A stretch of 64,000 bases of DNA from a virus (taxonomy: Duplodnaviria > Caudoviricetes): IMG/VR virus record IMGVR_UViG_3300011442_000001, positions 28,948-92,947 of that record, one strand, 5' to 3'. Positions within the stretch are counted from its first letter, which is position 1; each line of letters begins with the position of its first letter. The position numbers and the translations under genes are program-made. Below are positions 37,408 through 44,285 of this stretch, piece by piece. Under the pieces are notes generated by a model. That model saw only the letters and a list, made by a program, of their open reading frames with translations. It was not told the origin of the DNA and ran no database searches.

Positions 37408-37493
37408 AAGGGGAGGCGTCCTGCCATTATATTAGACGACGAAGGCCAGTTTATGTCACTTCGGGGAGACTCGAACTCCCATTTACTCCAAGG
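37408..37493 (-). other. tRNA halves in permuted order (3' half then 5' half), Glu-like
   Basis: 3' half GGAGT-AAAT-GGGAG-TTCGAGT-CTCCC-CGAAGTG-A, then 5' half GCCTTCG-TC-GTCT..GGC-AGGAC-G-CCTCC-CCTT. Confidence 0.6.
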
Positions 37494-37569
37494 CACACCC
37501 GACAGGATTCGAACCTGCATGTATCCGTTAACCTTTCTGAATGTTAGAAGCATTAGGGTATACGGGTGT
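37494..37569 (-). tRNA. Topologically rearranged tRNA-Arg(UCU)
   Basis: 7-bp acceptor and canonical T-arm; AATG-CTTCTAA-CATT directly after nt 8-14; D-loop-like TAACGGATA lies 3' of the anticodon arm. Confidence 0.7.
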
Positions 37570-37575
37570 ATGGTG

Positions 37576-37647
37576 GGTAACTAACTGGGATTGAACCAGT
37601 TTCCTTCGCTTCACAGGCGAATGTAATACCATTATACCATAGTCACC
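37576..37647 (-). tRNA. tRNA-His(GUG)
   Basis: TTCGC-CTGTGAA-GCGAA; G-1:C73. Confidence 0.9.
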
Positions 37648-37659
37648 ATGATTTGTCAA
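37631..37659 (-). promoter_or_regulatory. Sigma70-type promoter overlapping tRNA-His
   Basis: TTGACA-17 nt-TATAAT with TG; the -10 lies in the His D-arm. Confidence 0.6.
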
Positions 37660-37820
37660 GTACTTTCAGATTCTTTTTCTTTCTCTGATACCTCTACAGC
37701 TTCGTTGTATTGTTCTTCTGTTAGCTCTATCCAGTTGCTAGGAGCCATAGGAACATCAACCTTTATAAGCCTTCCTGTTTCACCATGTTGCCAGTATCTC
37801 ATTTTAACTTCCTTTCTAGG

Positions 37821-37893
37821 TGGATGTAGATGGATTCGAACCACCGAATGTCACCTTATCAGAGTGATGAATTAACCACTTTTCTATACATCC
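37821..37893 (-). tRNA. tRNA-Ile(GAU)
   Basis: TCACT-CTGATAA-GGTGA. Confidence 0.9.
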
Positions 37894-37973
37894 AAACTGC
37901 CAATTTTTTTCTATGCTCTCATACTCAATCAAAGTCTATGAAAATAGTTGACATCTAAAACAGTCCCTCTAGG

Positions 37974-38045
37974 CTCACAAGGAAGGATTTGAACCTTCAT
38001 AGTCCCGATTAACAGTCGGACTCATTACCATTATGATACCTGTGA
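37974..38045 (-). tRNA. tRNA-Asn(GUU)
   Basis: TCCGA-CTGTTAA-TCGGG; G73. Confidence 0.9.
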
Positions 38046-38051
38046 ATATGA

Positions 38052-38177
38052 CCGCTATTTACAGGTCGCTCAGTTTAGTAATGCGACACCGTTTGTTTCT
38101 TTACTTGAAACTTAGCACGGTCAACACTAGCCTTACTATACGTCCGAAGTTGACGAACTGCCCTCTATGAATAGCGG
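38052..38177 (-). ncRNA. Second repeated ncRNA motif, copy 1
   Basis: Closing stem CCGCTATT/AATAGCGG; core GAGGGCAGT...AAGAAACAAAC...CTAAACTGAGCGACCTG. Confidence 0.7.
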
Positions 38178-38179
38178 AG

Positions 38180-38252
38180 TGGACATGAAAGGAGTCGAAC
38201 CTTTACAACACGGCTTATAAGACCGTTACGCTCACCATTACGTTACACGTCC
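38180..38252 (-). tRNA. tRNA-Ile(UAU)
   Basis: ACGGT-CTTATAA-GCCGT. Confidence 0.85.
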
Positions 38253-38258
38253 AAAAGG

Positions 38259-38343
38259 CGGAGAATAAAGGAATCGAACCCTTGTCATTTTACTGACAGC
38301 CACGTTTTCAAGACGTGTTTAACACCACTTGATGCTACTCTCC
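38259..38343 (-). tRNA. tRNA-Ser(UGA)
   Basis: CACGT-CTTGAAA-ACGTG; long variable arm; G73. Confidence 0.88.
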
Positions 38344-38435
38344 GTAATAGTCGGCTTATGAGAAAGACTCTTTATCTACTGTCATTGTCTAGAGTTTTAT
38401 TCCGCTGACAAAAGCGGTGTAGAACTTTCCCATAG

Positions 38436-38517
38436 TGGAAGCGGCGGGACTCGAACCCACGAAGCATTTCTGCGTCTGCTTAAAAGGCAGTTACCATTGC
38501 CACTAGGTAACGCTTCC
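38436..38517 (-). tRNA. tRNA with Lys(UUU) anticodon and long variable arm
   Basis: CTGC-CTTTTAA-GCAG; variable arm GCA-GAAA-TGC. Confidence 0.8.
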
Positions 38518-38672
38518 ATGCAAGGACATTTCGTCGTCCCATGAACGCTGACATTTTAAGTCGTTCAGTGACTCATTGTGCTGATACACAAAATAATTGC
38601 GCCGGTGTTTATCTAACTAGTATAACCTACTTCCACCCACACCAGAAAGTCTAAATAGTAGGTTTGAATTTG

Positions 38673-38746
38673 TGGTCTCTAGAGGACTCAAACCTCTAAC
38701 TTCCTTCGTGTAAAAAAGGCTGTCTAATCAATTGGCATAAGAGACC
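38673..38746 (-). tRNA. tRNA-Val(UAC)
   Basis: CCTTT-TTTACAC-GAAGG. Confidence 0.8.
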
Positions 38747-38806
38747 ATGTATTTAACTTTCGTCTTCGCTCTTTTCTTTCAATCTGTAAATCTTTAATCC
38801 AATCTG

Positions 38807-38879
38807 TGCCACCGGAGAGAATCGAACTCCCACTACTTCTTTAAGAGAGAAGTACACTAAACCGTTATGTTACGGAGGC
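38807..38879 (-). tRNA. tRNA-Lys(CUU)
   Basis: CTTCT-CTCTTAA-AGAAG. Confidence 0.85.
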
Positions 38880-39221
38880 ATTGTAAACAAAAACTTTTAG
38901 TCCTAAACCTTCTGCACATTCTATCATGTGTTTAGTACCCACACTCTGTCCATCCCATATAGCAATCAGGGCATTTGCGTAATGGGCCATCATTCTATTT
39001 CTTCGAATACCTGCACTCTTTCCATACTTAGCCCAGTTAGCAGGAAAGATAACCAAGTCTATCCGGTTCTGTTGAGCATAAAGTTCTCCCCAATGGTCTA
39101 CACCTTTAGCATTTCCGCTAACGACTACATCAATCTCAAAACCGCTTGCTTCTATAGCTTTTTTTACCAAGGTGTAACTTTCTACAGAACGAGAACCTGC
39201 AATAATAACTTTCACAGACAT
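38865..39221 (-). CDS. SLOG/YspA-like (DUF2493) protein
   Basis: IIAGSR, VVSG.AKGVD, W.KYGK.AG.RN, WDG.S.GT.HMI. Confidence 0.85.
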   Translation of the reverse strand: MSVKVIIAGSRSVESYTLVKKAIEASGFEIDVVVSGNAKGVDHWGELYAQQNRIDLVIFPANWAKYGKSAGIRRNRMMAHYANALIAIWDGQSVGTKHMIECAEGLGLKVFVYNASVT

Positions 39222-39232
39222 TCCTTTCTTTG

Positions 39233-39323
39233 TGGGCGTGGGAGGAGTCGAACCTCCATGCTTTCTTTCAAGCTATACTGTTTTACAGACAGCCCCGACT
39301 CAGCCACTATTCGGCTCACGCTC
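39233..39323 (-). tRNA. tRNA-Tyr(GUA)
   Basis: GCTGT-CTGTAAA-ACAGT; long variable arm. Confidence 0.85.
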
Positions 39324-39329
39324 ATACGT

Positions 39330-39382
39330 AGGCGGGAAGTAAAGTTTTCTCCAAATGAAATTTAAAGGAACTTCCTGTGCCT
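39330..39382 (-). ncRNA. Y-RNA-like motif, copy 2
   Basis: GGC-ACAG-GAAGT-TCCTTTA...ACTTC-CC-GCC. Confidence 0.75.
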
Positions 39383-39398
39383 TATTTATTATTTAATT

Positions 39399-39452
39399 GG
39401 CGGAGAGTATTTGTCATATGTAATTGAGTTTTTTAGAGGAACTCTCTATGCC
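39399..39452 (-). ncRNA. Y-RNA-like motif, copy 3
   Basis: GGC-ATAG-AGAGT-TCCTCTA...ACTCT-CC-GCC. Confidence 0.75.
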
Positions 39453-39455
39453 TAG

Positions 39456-39540
39456 TGCGGTTGAGAGGACTCGAACCTCCACGCTTTTAAGGGCAGTACA
39501 TTTTGAGTGTACCGTGTTTGCCAATTACAACCACAACCGC
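39456..39540 (-). tRNA. tRNA-Leu(CAA)
   Basis: GTACA-CTCAAAA-TGTAC; long variable arm. Confidence 0.9.
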
Positions 39541-39566
39541 ATTTTTCTTTATTTGATTGTACCCCT

Positions 39567-39595
39567 ATTATATACCCTTTCTTTTGATTTGTCAA
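39567..39595 (-). promoter_or_regulatory. Sigma70-type promoter within the tRNA array
   Basis: TTGACA-17 nt-TATAAT. Confidence 0.85.
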
Positions 39596-39611
39596 GGGCC
39601 GATTTTTCATG

Positions 39612-39701
39612 TACCTCTCAGTTCAGGTCGCTCAGTTTAGGATGTTTGTTTCTTACCCTGCATAGCTCACTTTGTTTTACTGCCCTCAATGCTGAGAGGT
39701 A
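39612..39701 (-). ncRNA. Second repeated ncRNA motif, copy 2
   Basis: Closing stem TACCTCTCAG/CTGAGAGGTA; same core as 38052-38177. Confidence 0.7.
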
Positions 39702-39702
39702 G

Positions 39703-39776
39703 TGCTTCCGAGTGGAGTCGAACCACCAGATTTCACGGTCTAAACGTGTTGCCTATGCCAATTCGGCTACGGAAGC
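39703..39776 (-). tRNA. tRNA-Leu(UAG), short variable loop
   Basis: CACG-TTTAGAC-CGTG; the HNH stop codon lies in nt 8-10. Confidence 0.8.
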
Positions 39777-40210
39777 TTGCTATTGTAAAGAGCATGACAA
39801 TTTGGGCAGACTATTTTTATATTGCTAAAAAAATTATTATTGTGATTCTTATCTATGTGATGCAGTTCTAGTGGAATAGGCTTTCCCATCCACTCTGCCA
39901 AACCACAATCTTCACAAACATGTTCTTTTAGTTTCTCTTTTAGAAGTCTCTTCTTTAGATAGTCTGAGCCAACTGGAAAATTTTCTTTTAGAAACCAAGA
40001 AACATCTCTTCTATTTACAGAAATTCCGCCTTTGTTCCAGCCCATACCAGTAAAATGAGAAAAATCTATTACAAACTTTACTGCTCTAGATTTTATATGA
40101 GATTGAGAACCAGAATTAGGTTTTATTCCAATCTTTCTACAAACTTCTGCCCAACTTTTACTACTCAAGACAATAGGTTCTAAATATTCTTTTGTATATT
40201 TCGTATTCAT
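39767..40210 (-). CDS. HNH endonuclease
   Basis: CEDCG..W.GKPIPLELHHID..NN...N...VCPNCH; likely start MNTKY at 40210. Confidence 0.9.
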   Translation of the reverse strand: MNTKYTKEYLEPIVLSSKSWAEVCRKIGIKPNSGSQSHIKSRAVKFVIDFSHFTGMGWNKGGISVNRRDVSWFLKENFPVGSDYLKKRLLKEKLKEHVCEDCGLAEWMGKPIPLELHHIDKNHNNNFFSNIKIVCPNCHALYNSKLP

Positions 40211-40272
40211 TTTACACATCACCGTGTAGATTTTAGAGAAGCTAGGATGGGTGAGCATCTTCGCTTCTCTAG

Positions 40273-40343
40273 TGGACATCGGCAGAATTGAACTGCCATC
40301 TTCTCATTGCAGGTGAGAAATAATCCCTTTATACGAGACGCCC
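40273..40343 (-). tRNA. tRNA-Ala(UGC)
   Basis: TCTCA-CCTGCAA-TGAGA; G3.U70 identity pair; C33. Confidence 0.85.
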
Positions 40344-40810
40344 ATATTTAAAAATTGATACCAAAAGCTATTCCAAGAACAAATCCACCAATAAGAACTG
40401 CCACTAAAATAATCCAGAACAACTTTGCATGAAACTGTGTAGTCTCCCCGCTGGCAATCTTACTGGGTAATGAATTTTTATGGCCCATAGTTCTCCTTTA
40501 GGTATACATTGTTATTAGAAACATTCCTACAATACAGGATAGAACAAAAATAATTGGTATAATAATACAGACGAAGAATCTTAGACGAATATTGTTTTTC
40601 TTCATGTCTTAAACTGTCTCTTTCTTTTGGAAACTTTCTTCCAACTTCTTTGATATTTATGTTTTAGGTTTTCCCCTAAATGGTATCCACAGAAGGTACA
40701 GGAAATCCCTCTCCCTTGGAGGTAACGCTTACGTGCCTTCTTGTAGATACCGGAGTGTTCAGTTGTGTTCATAATGTTATAACATTTGTTAACAGGCATG
40801 TTACTCCTAG

Positions 40811-40881
40811 AGAGGGTAAAGGAAATCGAATCCTTATCATCCGTTTGGAAGACAGAGGCACAGCCTTTATACCATACCCTC
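40811..40881 (-). tRNA. tRNA-Gly(UCC)
   Basis: TCTGT-CTTCCAA-ACGGA; U73. Confidence 0.85.
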
Positions 40882-41063
40882 ATACAGGGTTAATCTGATT
40901 TTTTTTGTATCCTAGGTGCTTGATAGCCCTGTAAAGATTTCACCTAGCTAGTTTTTGGAGCGGTACTAATCTGGTTTATTAGACTAACTGAGAGTTCCCG
41001 CATGTTGCCAGTTGGACAAGTTATCTACTAATAATTAGTTGGGAAAATTAGTCACTGACTAGG

Positions 41064-41137
41064 CAGGAAATGATGGACTTGAACCACCATGACGAAGGTC
41101 AGAGCTTCGCATCCTAGTCCGTTTGGATGAATTTCCT
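41064..41137 (-). tRNA. tRNA-Gln(CUG)
   Basis: CGAAG-CTCTGAC-CTTCG; G73. Confidence 0.88.
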
Positions 41138-41248
41138 GTATGTACGGTTTTAGTTTTAATTTACGTTAGGAGATAAACCGAAAAACTCCCACGGAATCCA
41201 CATCTTTTTGTAGTGGTGAGCCTTTCAAGACATTTCCACTTTTTTAGG

Positions 41249-41320
41249 CGGTGCAGTAGAGGAGTCGAATCTCTATCGTTCGTTTTGGAGACGAACATAA
41301 TTCCGTTATACCAACTGCCC
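41249..41320 (-). tRNA. tRNA-Trp(CCA)
   Basis: TTCGT-CTCCAAA-ACGAA. Confidence 0.82.
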
Positions 41321-41324
41321 ATAT

Positions 41325-41609
41325 TTATGTAATCAATTCAATGACTGGTCTCAGAATATAAGTATTTAAAGGCTCTTTAGTCCACTTATAGTCACAGCTA
41401 TGTACATTGCAAACATAACCGTTTTCCACTCTGGTAACTTCCATGCTCATAGTACCTCCCTGTTTTACTCCAAAAGGTACTTTATCATCTATCCAAAGAT
41501 TACCACTTAATTCCGCTACCATTGCCCAAGGGGTCACATATACAGTAACCCCCACAGGTACATCTTTTAGTGTCTTCTGCTCTAATTGCTTGGGAAGTTT
41601 GGCATTCAT
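41325..41609 (-). CDS. Hypothetical protein
   Basis: 94-aa ORF with AAGGA RBS, downstream of a promoter. Confidence 0.6.
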   Translation of the reverse strand: MNAKLPKQLEQKTLKDVPVGVTVYVTPWAMVAELSGNLWIDDKVPFGVKQGGTMSMEVTRVENGYVCNVHSCDYKWTKEPLNTYILRPVIELIT

Positions 41610-41649
41610 GCTGAATTCCTTTCTAATCTAGTGCTTCTTGATTTTCACA

Positions 41650-41678
41650 ATTATAGCTGATTTGTATCTGTTTGTCAA
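41650..41678 (-). promoter_or_regulatory. Sigma70-type promoter heading the tRNA array
   Basis: TTGACA-17 nt-TATAAT. Confidence 0.85.
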
Positions 41679-42154
41679 GGGCTTTTCTGCTCTCTAATCA
41701 AACTCTCATATACTTCATCTATTGACAAATCAGGATGCTCAATTGCTTTGATGGAAAGGAAATCACATCTTTCATTTTCTACGTTACCGTCGTGTCCTCT
41801 AATCCAGATAAACTCTACTTCGTGCAAAGTAATCAATGGAATAAGTATCTTCCAAAGGTCTACATTCTTAGCCTTTCTCCATCTCTTATTTTCCCAATTC
41901 CATATCCACTTTCTTTGTATGGAATTCACAAGGTATTGTGAGTCGCTGTAGATAGTTACTTTTGAAGGTTGCTCAAGAGATTCCAGTGCTTTGATTGCAG
42001 CACTAATCTCCATTCTATTATTAGTAGTAAGTCTAAATCCTTCTTTGATTTTATTTCTGGAATCTCCAGATAGTATGACAGCACCATAACCCCCTGTACC
42101 GGGATTAGGCTCGCAAGCACCATCTGTGTAGATTATTACTTCCGGTTTTTCCAT
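41675..42154 (-). CDS. rnhA: Ribonuclease HI
   Basis: IYTDGAC..NPG.GG, TTNNRME, DSQY, N.DLW, W.RGH.G..NERCD. Confidence 0.95.
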   Translation of the reverse strand: MEKPEVIIYTDGACEPNPGTGGYGAVILSGDSRNKIKEGFRLTTNNRMEISAAIKALESLEQPSKVTIYSDSQYLVNSIQRKWIWNWENKRWRKAKNVDLWKILIPLITLHEVEFIWIRGHDGNVENERCDFLSIKAIEHPDLSIDEVYESLIREQKSP

Positions 42155-42536
42155 GAGATTATTCTTTCTTTTTTTACTTGCTTTAATTAAACTTTTAATT
42201 AAGAAGTTAACTACTTCAAGGTAGTCGGAGTTCCCTGTACAATTAGCTATAAAACTAATTTCAGTAACTCCTACATAAATATTTACTTCAAGGGTATGCT
42301 TTTCGCATACGGACTACTTCGCGCTAGTGGTCAATCCTACGTTTTTATTCATAGGCTCACAGTCCCAGATACTAGTTTACACACGCTTTTCGCCGAACTC
42401 CATCCTTCTTAAGGACGTAGTTATGGGTCGAAGAACCTCATCCTTAGCCACTCTCTACAACAAGTGTAGCAGTTTGCAGAAGTACTTGAGTAACTCCTTC
42501 TTCGATTTCTGGGTTTTATTTAATTGTATTAATCAC

Positions 42537-42565
42537 ATTATACCATACATTGCCCATCTTGTCAA
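42537..42565 (-). promoter_or_regulatory. Sigma70-type promoter
   Basis: TTGACA-17 nt-TATAAT with TG. Confidence 0.8.
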
Positions 42566-42568
42566 GGG

Positions 42569-42811
42569 CTAATCAATAAGAACATATTTTCCAGCTTTAT
42601 AGTCTAGGAACTTGTAATAGTCCACTAAGAATACCGCATCCTGAATTTCCCGATTACCTTTCCCCTCTGCCTGAATTAGCGGTTGAAGTTTCCCCTTTAT
42701 CCATTGGGCCAGTTCGAGTTGCTCGTACTGTTCCGGCAGGTCGCTGATGCGGATATATACATAATGTACTGATTTGTAGACTGGAATATCAATAACGGGT
42801 GCTTCGTCCAT
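42569..42811 (-). CDS. Hypothetical protein
   Basis: 80-aa ORF with AGGT RBS. Confidence 0.5.
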   Translation of the reverse strand: MDEAPVIDIPVYKSVHYVYIRISDLPEQYEQLELAQWIKGKLQPLIQAEGKGNREIQDAVFLVDYYKFLDYKAGKYVLID

Positions 42812-42851
42812 AATAATACCTACTTTCTAATCTTTCTCTAATGTAAAACAC

Positions 42852-42880
42852 TTGCTTAATTAATGATTTTGTGTTATAAT
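42852..42880 (+). promoter_or_regulatory. Divergent sigma70-type promoter for the plus-strand operon
   Basis: TTGCTT-17 nt-TATAAT with TG. Confidence 0.6.
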
Positions 42881-42971
42881 AGTAGTATGAATTGGATACA
42901 AAAAGGAATTTTCAACCGTCTAGGATATATTATACCACACTTTTCAAATTTGTGGAACAGGAGAAGACAAA

Positions 42972-43622
42972 TTGAGTGAAGAAACTGACCAAACATTAAA
43001 AGAATTAGGTTATGAACCAGCAAAAAGCAAGGTTCCACAGCCTAGAACATCCTACGTACCGCAGGGAAGGGACGCTTTCCAGACCCCCAATTATGCAGTA
43101 GACCTCCTAATTCCCTTTATTCCAAAGAACATCAACATGGCATGGGAACCTGCCGCCGGAGGTTTGAAAATAGTACACAGGCTCTTGGATAAGACTAACT
43201 TAGACGTAATTGCTTCTGATGTCTATCCCTTTGACGGAGTAAGGGAACATAACTTTATTGACAGTTCCAGTAATGATTATCCGGGGGAGTTAGAAATGGA
43301 CGCTGTAAGTTTAGCAATAATTACCAATCCACCATTCTCTTTGAAGATAGACTTTTATGAGAAGTGCCTAGAATATAATATTCCTTTTGCACTACTTATA
43401 CCTGCTGATTATGCAGGATGGAATATCAACGCCTGTAAGAGTTTGGGTTGCGAAAAGATAATTCCCACTAGAAGAATAGATTATATCACACCTTCGGGAT
43501 TGTCTGGAGCCAGTGGACATACAGCAGATTTTCATTCAATGTGGCTGACTTGGGGATTCGGTTTGGGAAAGACAGAGACGTTCGTGGAATTGTCTCTTGA
43601 GGATAAAAAACTAAATATCTAA
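42972..43622 (+). CDS. DNA adenine methyltransferase (phage type)
   Basis: D.FQTP, WEPAAG, ITNPPFS. Confidence 0.85.
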   Translation: MSEETDQTLKELGYEPAKSKVPQPRTSYVPQGRDAFQTPNYAVDLLIPFIPKNINMAWEPAAGGLKIVHRLLDKTNLDVIASDVYPFDGVREHNFIDSSSNDYPGELEMDAVSLAIITNPPFSLKIDFYEKCLEYNIPFALLIPADYAGWNINACKSLGCEKIIPTRRIDYITPSGLSGASGHTADFHSMWLTWGFGLGKTETFVELSLEDKKLNI

Positions 43623-43636
43623 AAAAGGAGAGTAAC

Positions 43637-43765
43637 ATGGGACAGCATATTTGGGAAGATGATAACGAAACGCCAGAAACCGAACCAGCTCCTGTAGAGG
43701 ATGTAAGTTCTGGTGATGCAGGAAACGATGATGAAGAACCTGTTTACGCACCTACGGAGGGATAA
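43637..43765 (+). CDS. Tiny acidic protein (42 aa, not in track)
   Basis: AGGAG RBS; MGQHIWEDDNETPETEPAPVED... Confidence 0.6.
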   Translation: MGQHIWEDDNETPETEPAPVEDVSSGDAGNDDEEPVYAPTEG

Positions 43766-43766
43766 C

Positions 43767-43898
43767 ATGAACATACCTGACGATGACGATGGCAAAGAGG
43801 AAGTTCCTTTTTATATTGGTGGCCTAGAACCTGCTCCTGAACCCCCTGTAGATGATGCTCCCTGGGGAGACGGAACTCCATATGAGGAAGAAGATTAA
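43767..43898 (+). CDS. Tiny acidic protein (43 aa)
   Basis: GGAGG RBS; MNIPDDDDGKEE...EPAPEPPVDD...YEEED. Confidence 0.6.
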   Translation: MNIPDDDDGKEEVPFYIGGLEPAPEPPVDDAPWGDGTPYEEED

Positions 43899-44273
43899 AT
43901 GTCATGGAAAAAAGTAACATATGTTCTACCAGCTTTTCTCTTGTCCGCATGTACCGTAACACAGCACACACCGGGAGCCTTCAATGATGTATGTGTTGGA
44001 ATTCCTATTGTAGCTGTAAATTGTGTTCTAATTTGGCTCGGAATTTCAGCATTTTTTGGATTAGTATTGAATAATTTTTCAGCTAATTTGTGGGCGTTAT
44101 TATTTAAACTTGACGATGATTGGGATATGAATGTCAGGTTATGGAAAAGTGCCGCCCGCTTTGGAGGCATCCTAGCCATAGGTGCTTTAGTATGTTATTT
44201 TGTTTTTATGTATCCAGATTCACAGGCAATTGCTAGTGGAGCATCAGCTTGTGGCTCTGTAATTAATCAGTAG
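43899..44273 (+). CDS. Putative lipoprotein/membrane protein
   Basis: LLSA-C lipobox plus two hydrophobic segments. Confidence 0.55.
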   Translation: MSWKKVTYVLPAFLLSACTVTQHTPGAFNDVCVGIPIVAVNCVLIWLGISAFFGLVLNNFSANLWALLFKLDDDWDMNVRLWKSAARFGGILAIGALVCYFVFMYPDSQAIASGASACGSVINQ

Positions 44274-44285
44274 AAAGGATAACCA

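Noticed and set aside
37540-37555. Amber suppressor (CUA) reading of the rearranged tRNA
   Set aside because: The only stem (AATG/CATT) closes loop CTTCTAA, which centres TCT; centring CTA leaves no paired stem
34185-37844. Track ORFs 34185-34373 and 37317-37553, and the 5' part of 37656-37844
   Set aside because: They are read-throughs of tRNA sequence, lack an RBS and have no protein-like features
38052-38177. Hammerhead ribozyme (CTGAGCGA and GAAAC present)
   Set aside because: The core needs CUGANGA with correctly placed stems; here there is an extra base and CUG is paired in a helix
40883-40947. Pistol ribozyme (AGGGC/TAACCCT resemblance)
   Set aside because: Lacks the downstream conserved segment and P3; the sequence runs directly into tRNA-Gly
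33700-41400. CRISPR array or one large GOLLD/ROOL-type RNA
   Set aside because: No regularly spaced identical repeats, and the non-coding gaps between tRNAs are too short for a several-hundred-nt RNA
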